Of a stretch of 46,567 bases of DNA, positions 19,192 through 27,419 are shown one piece after another (the first letter of the stretch is position 1; every line of letters begins with the position of its first letter). The notes under the pieces were generated by a model. That model saw only the letters and a program-made list of their open reading frames with translations, was not told the origin of the DNA and searched no databases. Made by a program: the position numbers and the translations under genes. This DNA is from Candidatus Hadarchaeota archaeon (GTDB lineage: Archaea; Hadarchaeota; Hadarchaeia; Hadarchaeales; Hadarchaeaceae), in the NCBI GenBank assembly GCA_040755315.1, contig JBFMBF010000003.1, positions 35,744 to 82,310 on the forward strand. Direction: 5' to 3'.

Positions 19192-19793
19192 GCCGTGTGA
19201 AGCTGAAAGAACTAACAAAAGGTATACTGCGGCAGAACCCCGTGTTCGTCCTTGTCCTAGGGCTCTGCCCAGTGCTCGCCATCACAACGAGGGTTGAAAA
19301 TGCAATAGGGATGACGGCGGCTTTTACTTTTGTTATCCTGGGCTCGAACCTTCTTATTTCAACCCTGAAAAAGTTCATCCCACATCAAGTGAGAATCCCC
19401 ACATACATCGTGATAATCGCCAGTTTTGTGACAATAATAGAGTTCATACTACACGCATTTGCCGTGAACATTTACACTCAGTTGGGGGTCTTCCTCCCCC
19501 TGATCACCGTGAACTGCATAGTCCTCGGAAGGGCTGAGGCCTTCGCGTCAAAACATCCTGTCAGGGATTCCATAATGGACACTGCCGGGATGAGCGTTGG
19601 GTTCGGCCTAGCAGTCATAACAATCTCCGCCATAAGGGAGTTCTTCGGGACAGGTAAAATTGTGCTCTTTGGTTACCAACTCACGCCGACGGTGCTCTCA
19701 TCTCCCGTCGGAGGGATGGTGCTGCCGATGGGAGCATTTTTAACAATCGGGGTACTGCTAGCCATCTTCCGGAAGACCGGGGTGCTAAAATGA
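19188..19793 (+). CDS. rnfE: Rnf complex subunit E
   Basis: NPVFVLVLGLCP, PLITVNCIVLGRAEAFA. Confidence 0.95.
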   Translation: MSRVKLKELTKGILRQNPVFVLVLGLCPVLAITTRVENAIGMTAAFTFVILGSNLLISTLKKFIPHQVRIPTYIVIIASFVTIIEFILHAFAVNIYTQLGVFLPLITVNCIVLGRAEAFASKHPVRDSIMDTAGMSVGFGLAVITISAIREFFGTGKIVLFGYQLTPTVLSSPVGGMVLPMGAFLTIGVLLAIFRKTGVLK

Positions 19794-20374
19794 GTGAAAA
19801 TCTACTGGCCATCGCCATCTCCGCAGCGCTGATAAACAACATCATTCTAACAAGGTTCCTAGGCCTCTGCTCGTTCTTCGGCGTCTCGACAAAACTTAAA
19901 AACTCCATGATGATGGGGTTGGCCGTGACCTTTGTCATGGTTTCTTCCTCAGTAATCACTTGGGCGATTTACCAACTGGTTCTTGTTCCACTTCAGATAC
20001 AGTACCTGCGGTTGGTGGTTTTCATCCTAGTGATCGCCTCATTCGTCCAGTTGCTTGAGATGGTGATAACGAAAGTTTCGCCGGCGCTCCACAAAGGCTT
20101 TGGAATCTATCTACCGTTGATTACTGTAAACTGTGCTATTCTTGGAATCACTTTGATAAATGTTGAAGTCGAAAGATATTCCTTTTTGGGTTCGACCGTG
20201 AGCTCTGTTGCCACTGGGCTCGGATATTCCCTCGCCATCCTTCTTATGGCCAGCATAAGAACGCGGCTGGAGCTTTACGAACAACCGAAATCTTTTCATA
20301 ACCTCCCGCTAGCATTTATAGTGGCGGCCATCTTGGCCATGGCTTTCCAAGGATTCAGTGGGATGGGAAGATGA
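19790..20374 (+). CDS. rnfA: Rnf complex subunit A
   Basis: NNIILTRFLGLC, GIYLPLITVNCAILG. Confidence 0.95.
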   Translation: MSENLLAIAISAALINNIILTRFLGLCSFFGVSTKLKNSMMMGLAVTFVMVSSSVITWAIYQLVLVPLQIQYLRLVVFILVIASFVQLLEMVITKVSPALHKGFGIYLPLITVNCAILGITLINVEVERYSFLGSTVSSVATGLGYSLAILLMASIRTRLELYEQPKSFHNLPLAFIVAAILAMAFQGFSGMGR

Positions 20375-21201
20375 TTGCGGAAGTTGCCGTGCTGGGCGGA
20401 CTTGGCTTCGTGTTTGCGGTGGGACTAGCCATCGCCTCGAAAAAGCTGGAGGTAAAGGTCGACGAGAAGCTGGAAAAGGTGAAAGAGCTTCTTCCTGGCA
20501 GGAACTGCGGTGCCTGCGGCTTTGCCAGCTGTGACGAGTATGCTGAAGCGCTGGTCAACGACCCCTCGCTGATCAAGGGGTGTAGGCTTGTGGCCGACGA
20601 GGAGAGAGAAAAAATTGCGGAAGTGGTTGGCTCTGAAAGCGGAGAGGCAGAACACCACTGCGCCACCCACCTCTGCAGGGGCGGCTCGGGTTTAAAGTTT
20701 GAATACCAAGGGATTGAAAGCTGCGCCGTGGCTGCCGGCGTCGGCGGGGGCTTCTTGGAGTGCAAGTACGGGTGCCTCGGCTTTGGAGACTGCGTCGAGG
20801 CCTGTCCATTTGGCGCGATAGAGCTGGTGAACGGCCTCCCGCAGATTGACGATGAGAAGTGCACGGGTTGCGGCCTCTGTGTTAAGGAGTGCCCGCGGCA
20901 TGTCATCGCGCTTTCGCCCCGCAGCGCGAAGCTTGTGGTCAGGTGCCACTCGCCTGAGCCAGCGAAGGTGGTGGCGAAGGCGTGCAAAAACGGGTGCTTC
21001 ACCTGTAACATCTGCGAGCGAACGTGCCCGGTCCACGCGATAAAGATGGAAAACAACCTTCCAGTGATTGACCAAGCGACCTGCACGGCCTGCGGAACCT
21101 GTGTGGAGAAGTGCCCAAGGCATGTTCTGGAGCTGGTGAAATTCAGCGAAGCCAGCGGGGCCGGACTTTCAGCCGCTCCCGGTTGCCACACTTGTCACTA
21201 A
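20371..21201 (+). CDS. rnfB: Rnf complex subunit B (polyferredoxin)
   Basis: LPGRNCGACGFASC, CKYGCLGFGDC and several CxxCxxCxxxCP motifs. Confidence 0.95.
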   Translation: MIAEVAVLGGLGFVFAVGLAIASKKLEVKVDEKLEKVKELLPGRNCGACGFASCDEYAEALVNDPSLIKGCRLVADEEREKIAEVVGSESGEAEHHCATHLCRGGSGLKFEYQGIESCAVAAGVGGGFLECKYGCLGFGDCVEACPFGAIELVNGLPQIDDEKCTGCGLCVKECPRHVIALSPRSAKLVVRCHSPEPAKVVAKACKNGCFTCNICERTCPVHAIKMENNLPVIDQATCTACGTCVEKCPRHVLELVKFSEASGAGLSAAPGCHTCH

Positions 21202-23337
21202 AAGAGGGTAGTCCCAGGCGTCTGTTCTCACTATTTGTCCTTCAGCCGAAACTATGAGCCCCTTCAGCCCAAGGTTGTCCAAAAGCGTCTTTCCTTCTGC
21301 CGGACCCAGCACAAAAGTTGCCGTGCTCAAGGCGTCGGCCCTGACCGAGTTCTCAGCTATCACGGTTACGCTGATGCTGTTGTCGGCCGACCTTCCAGTC
21401 CTAGGGTCAATGATGTGGTGAACCCTGGTGCTCCCTAGAAAATAGAACCTTCGGTAGTCCCCTGAGGTAGATATGGAGAAGTTCTCAAGGTCAAGCACTC
21501 CAAGATATTCCCAGTCTATCCTCGGGTGCTGGATGGCTATCTTCCAAACCTTCGGGCCAAATCCTTGTATTTCTCCGCCTATCGCCACAAGTCCGTTCTC
21601 CACCCCTGCCTGGCGGAGGATGTCGGCGGCCCTGTCCACGGCATACCCTTTGGCTATCCCGCCAAGCGTGACCTTCATGCCAGTCTTCTGGAACCTGACC
21701 GTCCCGCTATTATCGTCCGTCAAAAGATTCTCCCAGCCTACAAGCACCATGGCTTCCTGAAGTTCTGATGGGCTTGGCTCTCTCCCTGTGATTTTCACCT
21801 TGTCCATCCACAGCTCAACCAGAGGCTCAACTGTCAGGTCGAAGGCACCGTTGGATATGCTTGACGCCCACTTCGCCCTTTTTATCGTTGACATGACATC
21901 TGGGGAGACTTTCACCCATTCGGTGCCGCTGCTGTTCAAAGCGTAGATTTCGCTTGCCGAATTGGTTGTAGACATGACTTCATCAAGCCTGTTTATCTCG
22001 TCAAAAGCGGCCCTGACGGCACTCACCGCCTTTTCTGTATTTTCATCCTCTGCCGTCACAGTGACAGTGGTGCTCATGGCGACCCCCGTTCCCTGCACCC
22101 GGCTTCCGCTGATTTCTATCGCCGGTGACCTAGCTTCAACAGAACCAAGAAGACCGGCTGTAACCAGCCCCATCGCGATTAAACCACCGGCCAGCTTTCC
22201 GACCGACCCTCGACCCATCAGCTTTGGTATGAAAAACAGGCCCGATAGCATGGCGATGTTGAGAAGAAGCAAGGCGACGGCTAAACCGAGAAGGCCGAGG
22301 TGCCTCCCGAGCGCGGATATTCCAACGACCCCTACGCCGATTGCCAGCAGGCGTGAGCCAAGCACCACCCCTGTGTTTTCCTTGGAGTACATCTCAGAGC
22401 TTTTTATAACGACTGCCGTGGCCGGGATAAGAGCCAGCGCCATCAGCTGGACCGCTATAATCCCCTCTGTGAATCCCGGAAAGGCTAGCGGAATCAACAC
22501 TGGGGCCAAAAGGAACACTGCCACTGCCAGAACAAAAGAAAAGATGATCCCCACATGCTCAACTCTCTTCGTGTCGGCCCCGGAAGATCTCTCTGGCAAA
22601 AGGTAGAAGAACAGTACCTGGGGGAGGACGCCGAGCAGGACGAAGATTCTGTATGCAAAATTGTAGTAGCCCAGAAGCGCCATCCCAAAGAGGGAACCTA
22701 TCAGGATTTTGTCAAGGAAGCTCACGGCGGCTCCACCTACGTCGGCTCCCCAAGCGCCATAAATGAAACCGCGCTTCTCCTTAATTTTACCAAAGCTGGT
22801 CCGAAGGTGTCTGAGAACACCTGCGCTGAAGACCAAGTAAACAGCGGCCATCCCAACCAATATCCCGGCCGTAGACCCTGATATCCAGTAAAACAACAGT
22901 GGGATTGCAAGGGACAAGGCTCTGACGCCGACCCACAACCACATGTATTTTTTGTAATTCCTTCTGGCCAGCTCAAGATGAACCGCCATGGAAAAAACAC
23001 TCAGGCCCACCACGAGGAGCCCCGACGGTAACCCCAGTACAAGAGCGGTCACCGCCCCAGCAGCTACGCTCAACACCGAAACGAGAAAAACAAGGCCACC
23101 CAAGAGTTCCTGGCTTTTTTCTTTTTGGAAGTACGTGACGATGGTTTTCCCGAGCCCGACTGAGCAGATGACGGATATTATTGTGGCTATTGAAACAAGC
23201 CAGCTCAGGTAGCCATACGCCACTGGGTGGATGATGGCGGCCAACACCATCCAGAAGATGGCGCCAAGTAGCGTTGCCGAAATCTGGGCGACCGACACCT
23301 GCGCAAGCCCGCGTCTATTTTCAGGTGCTGGCTCCAT
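21169..23337 (-). CDS. apbE: Fusion of an N-terminal Wzx/MOP-superfamily transporter and a C-terminal ApbE FAD:protein FMN transferase
   Basis: N-terminal ~380 aa polytopic with Wzx-like motifs (LLGAIFWMVLA..YG..S; DKILIG..G...LGYY..AYR); one further TM; ApbE motifs AMST, FDLTV, LGGIAKGYAVD, GGEI, STSGDY, HIIDPRTG, ADALST; single uninterrupted ORF. Confidence 0.88.
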   Translation of the reverse strand: MEPAPENRRGLAQVSVAQISATLLGAIFWMVLAAIIHPVAYGYLSWLVSIATIISVICSVGLGKTIVTYFQKEKSQELLGGLVFLVSVLSVAAGAVTALVLGLPSGLLVVGLSVFSMAVHLELARRNYKKYMWLWVGVRALSLAIPLLFYWISGSTAGILVGMAAVYLVFSAGVLRHLRTSFGKIKEKRGFIYGAWGADVGGAAVSFLDKILIGSLFGMALLGYYNFAYRIFVLLGVLPQVLFFYLLPERSSGADTKRVEHVGIIFSFVLAVAVFLLAPVLIPLAFPGFTEGIIAVQLMALALIPATAVVIKSSEMYSKENTGVVLGSRLLAIGVGVVGISALGRHLGLLGLAVALLLLNIAMLSGLFFIPKLMGRGSVGKLAGGLIAMGLVTAGLLGSVEARSPAIEISGSRVQGTGVAMSTTVTVTAEDENTEKAVSAVRAAFDEINRLDEVMSTTNSASEIYALNSSGTEWVKVSPDVMSTIKRAKWASSISNGAFDLTVEPLVELWMDKVKITGREPSPSELQEAMVLVGWENLLTDDNSGTVRFQKTGMKVTLGGIAKGYAVDRAADILRQAGVENGLVAIGGEIQGFGPKVWKIAIQHPRIDWEYLGVLDLENFSISTSGDYRRFYFLGSTRVHHIIDPRTGRSADNSISVTVIAENSVRADALSTATFVLGPAEGKTLLDNLGLKGLIVSAEGQIVRTDAWDYPLLVTSVATGSG

Positions 23338-23353
23338 CCAACCACCCCTGAAC

Positions 23354-24103
23354 TCACTCCACAAAAACAAATTTCAGTGCCAACAGCAGGATTGCTCCAA
23401 ACAGGAACGCGACGAAAGATGTCGCAGTCTTGGAGGTTTCCTGTTGCTTGTGCATCTCCGGCACCAGATTGGACGCAGCGATGTAGAGAAAACTCCCCGC
23501 GGCGAACGGGAGGAGAAGTGGAATAACGCCGCCGAAATGGGGCAGGAAAAAGAACCCGACAATACCGCCGACGAGGGCCGTAAGCGCCGTGGCAAAGTTC
23601 ATCAGAAGAGCCTTGCGCGGCTTCAAGCCGCCGTAAACTATCACACCAAAGTCGCCGAGTTCCTGCGGGATTTCATGGACGGCGACCGCGAATGTTGTTA
23701 CCACCCCAAGCCGGATGTCCACCAAAAAGCTGGCTGCTATCGCAAGCCCGTCTATGAAGTTGTGGATGCCGTCGCCTATGAGGTTGAGATAGGCGAACGT
23801 GTGGATGGGACACTTCCGCTCGCGGCAGCGGCGCCATATCAGCCGTTCCATCACGAAGAAGACTGCGAAACCTACTATCACCACCGTAAATACTGTGGTT
23901 GTTCCTCCTGATTGTGGGTTTCCAAGAGCTTCCGGGATGAGGTGCAAAAAAGCGCCGCCCATCAGCGTGCCTGCAGCGAGTCCAAAAAGAACATGCAGAA
24001 GCCGGTCTAGCAGTCTTTCGGAAATCACCAGCGTGAGCGCTCCGGTAAAAGATATCAAACTGATTCCCGTGGTTCCAGCAATTATCCAGAGTAACTCGCT
24101 CAT
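23354..24103 (-). CDS. ZIP (ZupT)-family metal transporter (paralog of 7385..8131)
   Basis: HNFIDG, HEIPQE. Confidence 0.93.
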   Translation of the reverse strand: MSELLWIIAGTTGISLISFTGALTLVISERLLDRLLHVLFGLAAGTLMGGAFLHLIPEALGNPQSGGTTTVFTVVIVGFAVFFVMERLIWRRCRERKCPIHTFAYLNLIGDGIHNFIDGLAIAASFLVDIRLGVVTTFAVAVHEIPQELGDFGVIVYGGLKPRKALLMNFATALTALVGGIVGFFFLPHFGGVIPLLLPFAAGSFLYIAASNLVPEMHKQQETSKTATSFVAFLFGAILLLALKFVFVE

Positions 24104-24166
24104 TGCATCAGACTAACTTTGCTCGCCATTTTAAAAGCTTGCAAAAAGAGGTTAAACCGTGCCAGC

Positions 24167-24433
24167 ATGGATGAAGCCGAACTGAAGGAAATTATGAAAA
24201 AATACGCGGCATCGCAAGGTTTCAAGCTGAACCCGGACGAAGAGGTAACGGGTGCCGTCATCAAGGGACTTTTAACAAACGTTGAGAAATACGGCTTCCG
24301 GTACTGCCCATGCCGCCCCGTGATTGGGGACAGAAAGGCAAACACCCTAAACATCTGCCCATGCGCCTGGCACAAGGACGAAATCAGGAAGATGGGACAC
24401 TGCCACTGCTGGCTTTTTGTCAAGGGAAAATAA
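24167..24433 (+). CDS. Ferredoxin-thioredoxin reductase catalytic subunit
   Basis: YCPCR...CPC...CHCWLF signature. Confidence 0.92.
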   Translation: MDEAELKEIMKKYAASQGFKLNPDEEVTGAVIKGLLTNVEKYGFRYCPCRPVIGDRKANTLNICPCAWHKDEIRKMGHCHCWLFVKGK

Positions 24434-24446
24434 GAAATGTGATGAA

Positions 24447-24830
24447 ATGGATAAGGAATTGGCGGAAATACGCATGAAAAAGATGAAGGAGCTGGAGAAA
24501 AAACATCTGGGCAAGCCTGTCGAGGTTACCGACAAAACATTTGATCATATCACTAACGACAACCCCGCAGTGGTGGTTGACTTCTGGGCCGAGTGGTGCG
24601 CGCCTTGCCGCCTCATGGGGCCTGTGATAGAGGAGCTAGCGAAAAAATACTCGGGGAAGATTGTTTTTGGGAAGCTGAACGTGGACAAGAATTCTGAAAC
24701 CCCACCGAAACACAACATAGCTGCAATCCCTACCCTCTTATTCTTCAAGAACGGGGAGGTTGTTGATCAGGTTGTAGGTTTTGTGCCCAACCCCCAGCTG
24801 GACAAAAAGCTAATGAATCTGCTGAAATAA
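24447..24830 (+). CDS. trxA: Thioredoxin
   Basis: DFWAEWCAPC, IPT. Confidence 0.93.
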   Translation: MDKELAEIRMKKMKELEKKHLGKPVEVTDKTFDHITNDNPAVVVDFWAEWCAPCRLMGPVIEELAKKYSGKIVFGKLNVDKNSETPPKHNIAAIPTLLFFKNGEVVDQVVGFVPNPQLDKKLMNLLK

Positions 24831-24846
24831 CCCGGGCCGGAAGAGT

Positions 24847-25290
24847 ATGGTTACTATGGTCAAAGCTGAAGAAACCCACCTCACAAAAAGGCAGTTTGAA
24901 GTCCTGAGGATGAAAGTGGAGGGAAAAACCCTTTCTGAGATTTCCAGAACTCTTGGAACTAGCAGGGCGAACGTCAGCCGACTGGCGAGGGTGGCCGAAC
25001 GCAACATCGAACGAGCAAAAAACACCTTGCGGCTGATTTCAACTATCAGGTGGCCGGTAAGGGTGGAGGCCAAGGTCGGCTCGAACGTTTACGAGATCTC
25101 CGACGCCGTGTTCAGCAAGGCCGATGAAAGCAGAATCAGAATCTCGCACAACTACGCTGAGCTTGTGAGGCTGATAACGGAGGCCCTCGGTAGGAAAAAT
25201 ATCCGCCGCAGGAAGGCCACCAAGGATTTCACTGTCTTCATCAGCAGGGAAGGCAAGGTAGAAGTCATTGTTGGATTAGGGGGGTCCTGA
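24847..25290 (+). CDS. Tfx-family DNA-binding protein
   Basis: LTKRQFEVL...LGTSRANVS...A.RNIERAKNTL. Confidence 0.85.
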   Translation: MVTMVKAEETHLTKRQFEVLRMKVEGKTLSEISRTLGTSRANVSRLARVAERNIERAKNTLRLISTIRWPVRVEAKVGSNVYEISDAVFSKADESRIRISHNYAELVRLITEALGRKNIRRRKATKDFTVFISREGKVEVIVGLGGS

Positions 25291-26040
25291 GCCTTTTTTA
25301 CGTCTGACAGTATATTTTGACATCCACCGCACGAAGGTCAAAAACGAAAAAGAAAAGCCAATGAAAAATCCAAACTCGTGGGCAAAAACATCAACTCCCG
25401 GACCAACGCTGAAAAAATATTCTGGAGTTATCAGCAGCTCGAGAAAAATTATGAGAAAAACTGCAATGGAAAGTGCCGGGACAATCAGGCCCTTCGCCTT
25501 CAGCGCGCTTTTCTTGCGCCGCTTGACAATCCTGAGCCTTCTCAAGTTCACGCTGCTGCTGAAGAGAGCGGAAGAAAGCACGACCCCCAAAGAAGCGTAA
25601 ACTATTCCTGAAGAGCCGAACGAGCTTACTCCGGTTGTCGCCGTCAGCTGCCATATCACCAACTCAACAGCGTCTGATGCAAATGCAGAGACGAAAATGA
25701 GCCACATGAAAAGTCGGCTGCTGCGACGCCTGTCTTTCAAGGATAGCCCGAAGTTAGCAATCAGGAAGAACATGCAGGACATGGCGAAGCCCTGAATGTT
25801 GTTGAGCAGGTGTATCGAGTCGCCGTGCACGAAGGCTGATGTTAAAACCGCCCAGGGCTTGTCCGGGGAAAGCGACAGAAACTCCTGGACTGCGGGGTCC
25901 GTGGATGTGAAAGCAAAGACAATGAGGTCCACGGCCACAAGAAACACGAAAGCGATGGCAACCGGCTCAAAACCTGCCAGCCTGTATACTTTTTTTGCTG
26001 CCGGCCGCCTAATTTCCGGCCTGTCTTTTTGAACGCTCAT
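25276..26040 (-). CDS. Rhomboid-family intramembrane serine protease
   Basis: PW..LTS.FVH....HLLNN, GSSG catalytic Ser, AHEFG catalytic His. Confidence 0.85.
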   Translation of the reverse strand: MSVQKDRPEIRRPAAKKVYRLAGFEPVAIAFVFLVAVDLIVFAFTSTDPAVQEFLSLSPDKPWAVLTSAFVHGDSIHLLNNIQGFAMSCMFFLIANFGLSLKDRRRSSRLFMWLIFVSAFASDAVELVIWQLTATTGVSSFGSSGIVYASLGVVLSSALFSSSVNLRRLRIVKRRKKSALKAKGLIVPALSIAVFLIIFLELLITPEYFFSVGPGVDVFAHEFGFFIGFSFSFLTFVRWMSKYTVRRKKGSGPP

Positions 26041-27113
26041 CGACTTACCACTTCTGCCAAAGCCAGAAGCATTGCATCTATGTCCTCAAGAGGGATGAAC
26101 CCCATGTTGCCTATCCTAAAGGTTTTCTCGCGCAGCGCCCCGTACCCCTTCGCTATCTCAAACCCCTTCCCGCGCATGCCCTCGTAAACATCGTCCCCCC
26201 TCATTCCTTTGGGGGCGTTCACGCAGCTTACGGTCGGGCTCTCGCAGCCCTTCTCGGGGAAAAGAGTCAGCCCAAGCTTTTCCACTCCTTTCTTGATCCT
26301 CCCGCTCCTCTCCCGGTAAAGCTCCAGCCGCTTGTGCTTGCCGCCTTCCTTCTCAATTATTTCGAGCTCCTTCCTCAGGCCGGCAATCTGCGGGACGGAA
26401 GGGGTCATGTGGGTGCTCCACTCCTTCTGCTGGTATTTCTCGTAAAGCTTGAAGTCGAAGTACCACCCTTTGTTCTTGGCCTTGGCCGACCTTCCCAGTG
26501 CCGCCTCGCTCACGTTCGCCACGGCCAGTCCGGGGGGGATTCCGAAGCACTTCTGAGAACTTGAAAAGCAAACGTCTGCCTCCCACTCGTCTGCCTTTAT
26601 CTCCGCGCCGCCCATCGCGCTGACCGCGTCCACGAAAAGAAGCTTTCCGTGTTCCTTCACCACTTTCGCGAGTTCCGGTAGCGGGTTGATGAGTCCGACG
26701 CTGGTCTCGTTATAAGTTATTGAGACTGCCTCGGCGTCCGCGTTCGACCTCAGCACTTCTTCCAGGCGCTCTGGTGTGGTCGGCTTCCCCAGATCCGTCT
26801 CGAGCTTCACGACCTCCTTGCCGTTGGACTCCGCGACCTCCGAGTACCTCTTCCCGAACTCCCCGTTTATACAGCAGACCATCTTCCGCTCGACGCAGTT
26901 CCTGACCGTGCCCTCCATTACTCCGGAGCCTGAGCTTGGAAACAGGAATACCTGGCTTTTGGTCTCAAGGAACCTCTGGAGCCCCTCAACAGTCTCCCTG
27001 TGGATCTTTTGGTATTCCTTGCTTCGGTGGCTGAACATCTGGATGCCCATCTCCCGAAGGACCTCCGGCCTGCAGGCGACCGGCCCTACCGTGAACAACT
27101 TCATGTGGCTCAT
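26037..27113 (-). CDS. Class V PLP-dependent aminotransferase (alanine-glyoxylate/serine-pyruvate family)
   Basis: GPV, SHRS, NETS, VDAVS, SSQKCFGIPPGL, FRIGNMG. Confidence 0.92.
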   Translation of the reverse strand: MSHMKLFTVGPVACRPEVLREMGIQMFSHRSKEYQKIHRETVEGLQRFLETKSQVFLFPSSGSGVMEGTVRNCVERKMVCCINGEFGKRYSEVAESNGKEVVKLETDLGKPTTPERLEEVLRSNADAEAVSITYNETSVGLINPLPELAKVVKEHGKLLFVDAVSAMGGAEIKADEWEADVCFSSSQKCFGIPPGLAVANVSEAALGRSAKAKNKGWYFDFKLYEKYQQKEWSTHMTPSVPQIAGLRKELEIIEKEGGKHKRLELYRERSGRIKKGVEKLGLTLFPEKGCESPTVSCVNAPKGMRGDDVYEGMRGKGFEIAKGYGALREKTFRIGNMGFIPLEDIDAMLLALAEVVSR

Positions 27114-27156
27114 TTACAATTACAGTCCAACTTTTAAAGCAAACGCTGGCTTTGAG

Positions 27157-27203
27157 CAAAAATTAAAAAATAAAAGAGGAGTGGGGTTCAACCCCACCCT
27201 TTG
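27157..27203 (-). terminator. Hairpin followed by a T-tract terminating the 28621-27204 operon
   Basis: GTGGGGTT-c-AACCCCAC at 27181-27197, then TTTTATTTTTTAATTTTT on the minus strand right after the stop. Confidence 0.7.
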
Positions 27204-27419
27204 TTACCAATCCATGTACAGGTCATCTACACCTGATATTAGGTCCTGGTTTTCGAAGTCCAAGTAGTCCTCGAGGTCCGAGATGGCTTGGTCTGTTTCA
27301 TCCAACTCTGTCACAGCCACTTGCGTCGCCGGTCTAATGATGAAGTACACGCCTACCGCTATTAGCACCACGGCAATCACTAATACCGCTCCCATTTGCT
27401 TTGCTCCCATCTTGTTCAC
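27204..27419 (-). CDS. Small membrane-anchored acidic protein, hypothetical
   Basis: N-terminal TM and acidic helix; start overlaps the stop of the upstream gene. Confidence 0.65.
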   Translation of the reverse strand: MNKMGAKQMGAVLVIAVVLIAVGVYFIIRPATQVAVTELDETDQAISDLEDYLDFENQDLISGVDDLYMDW

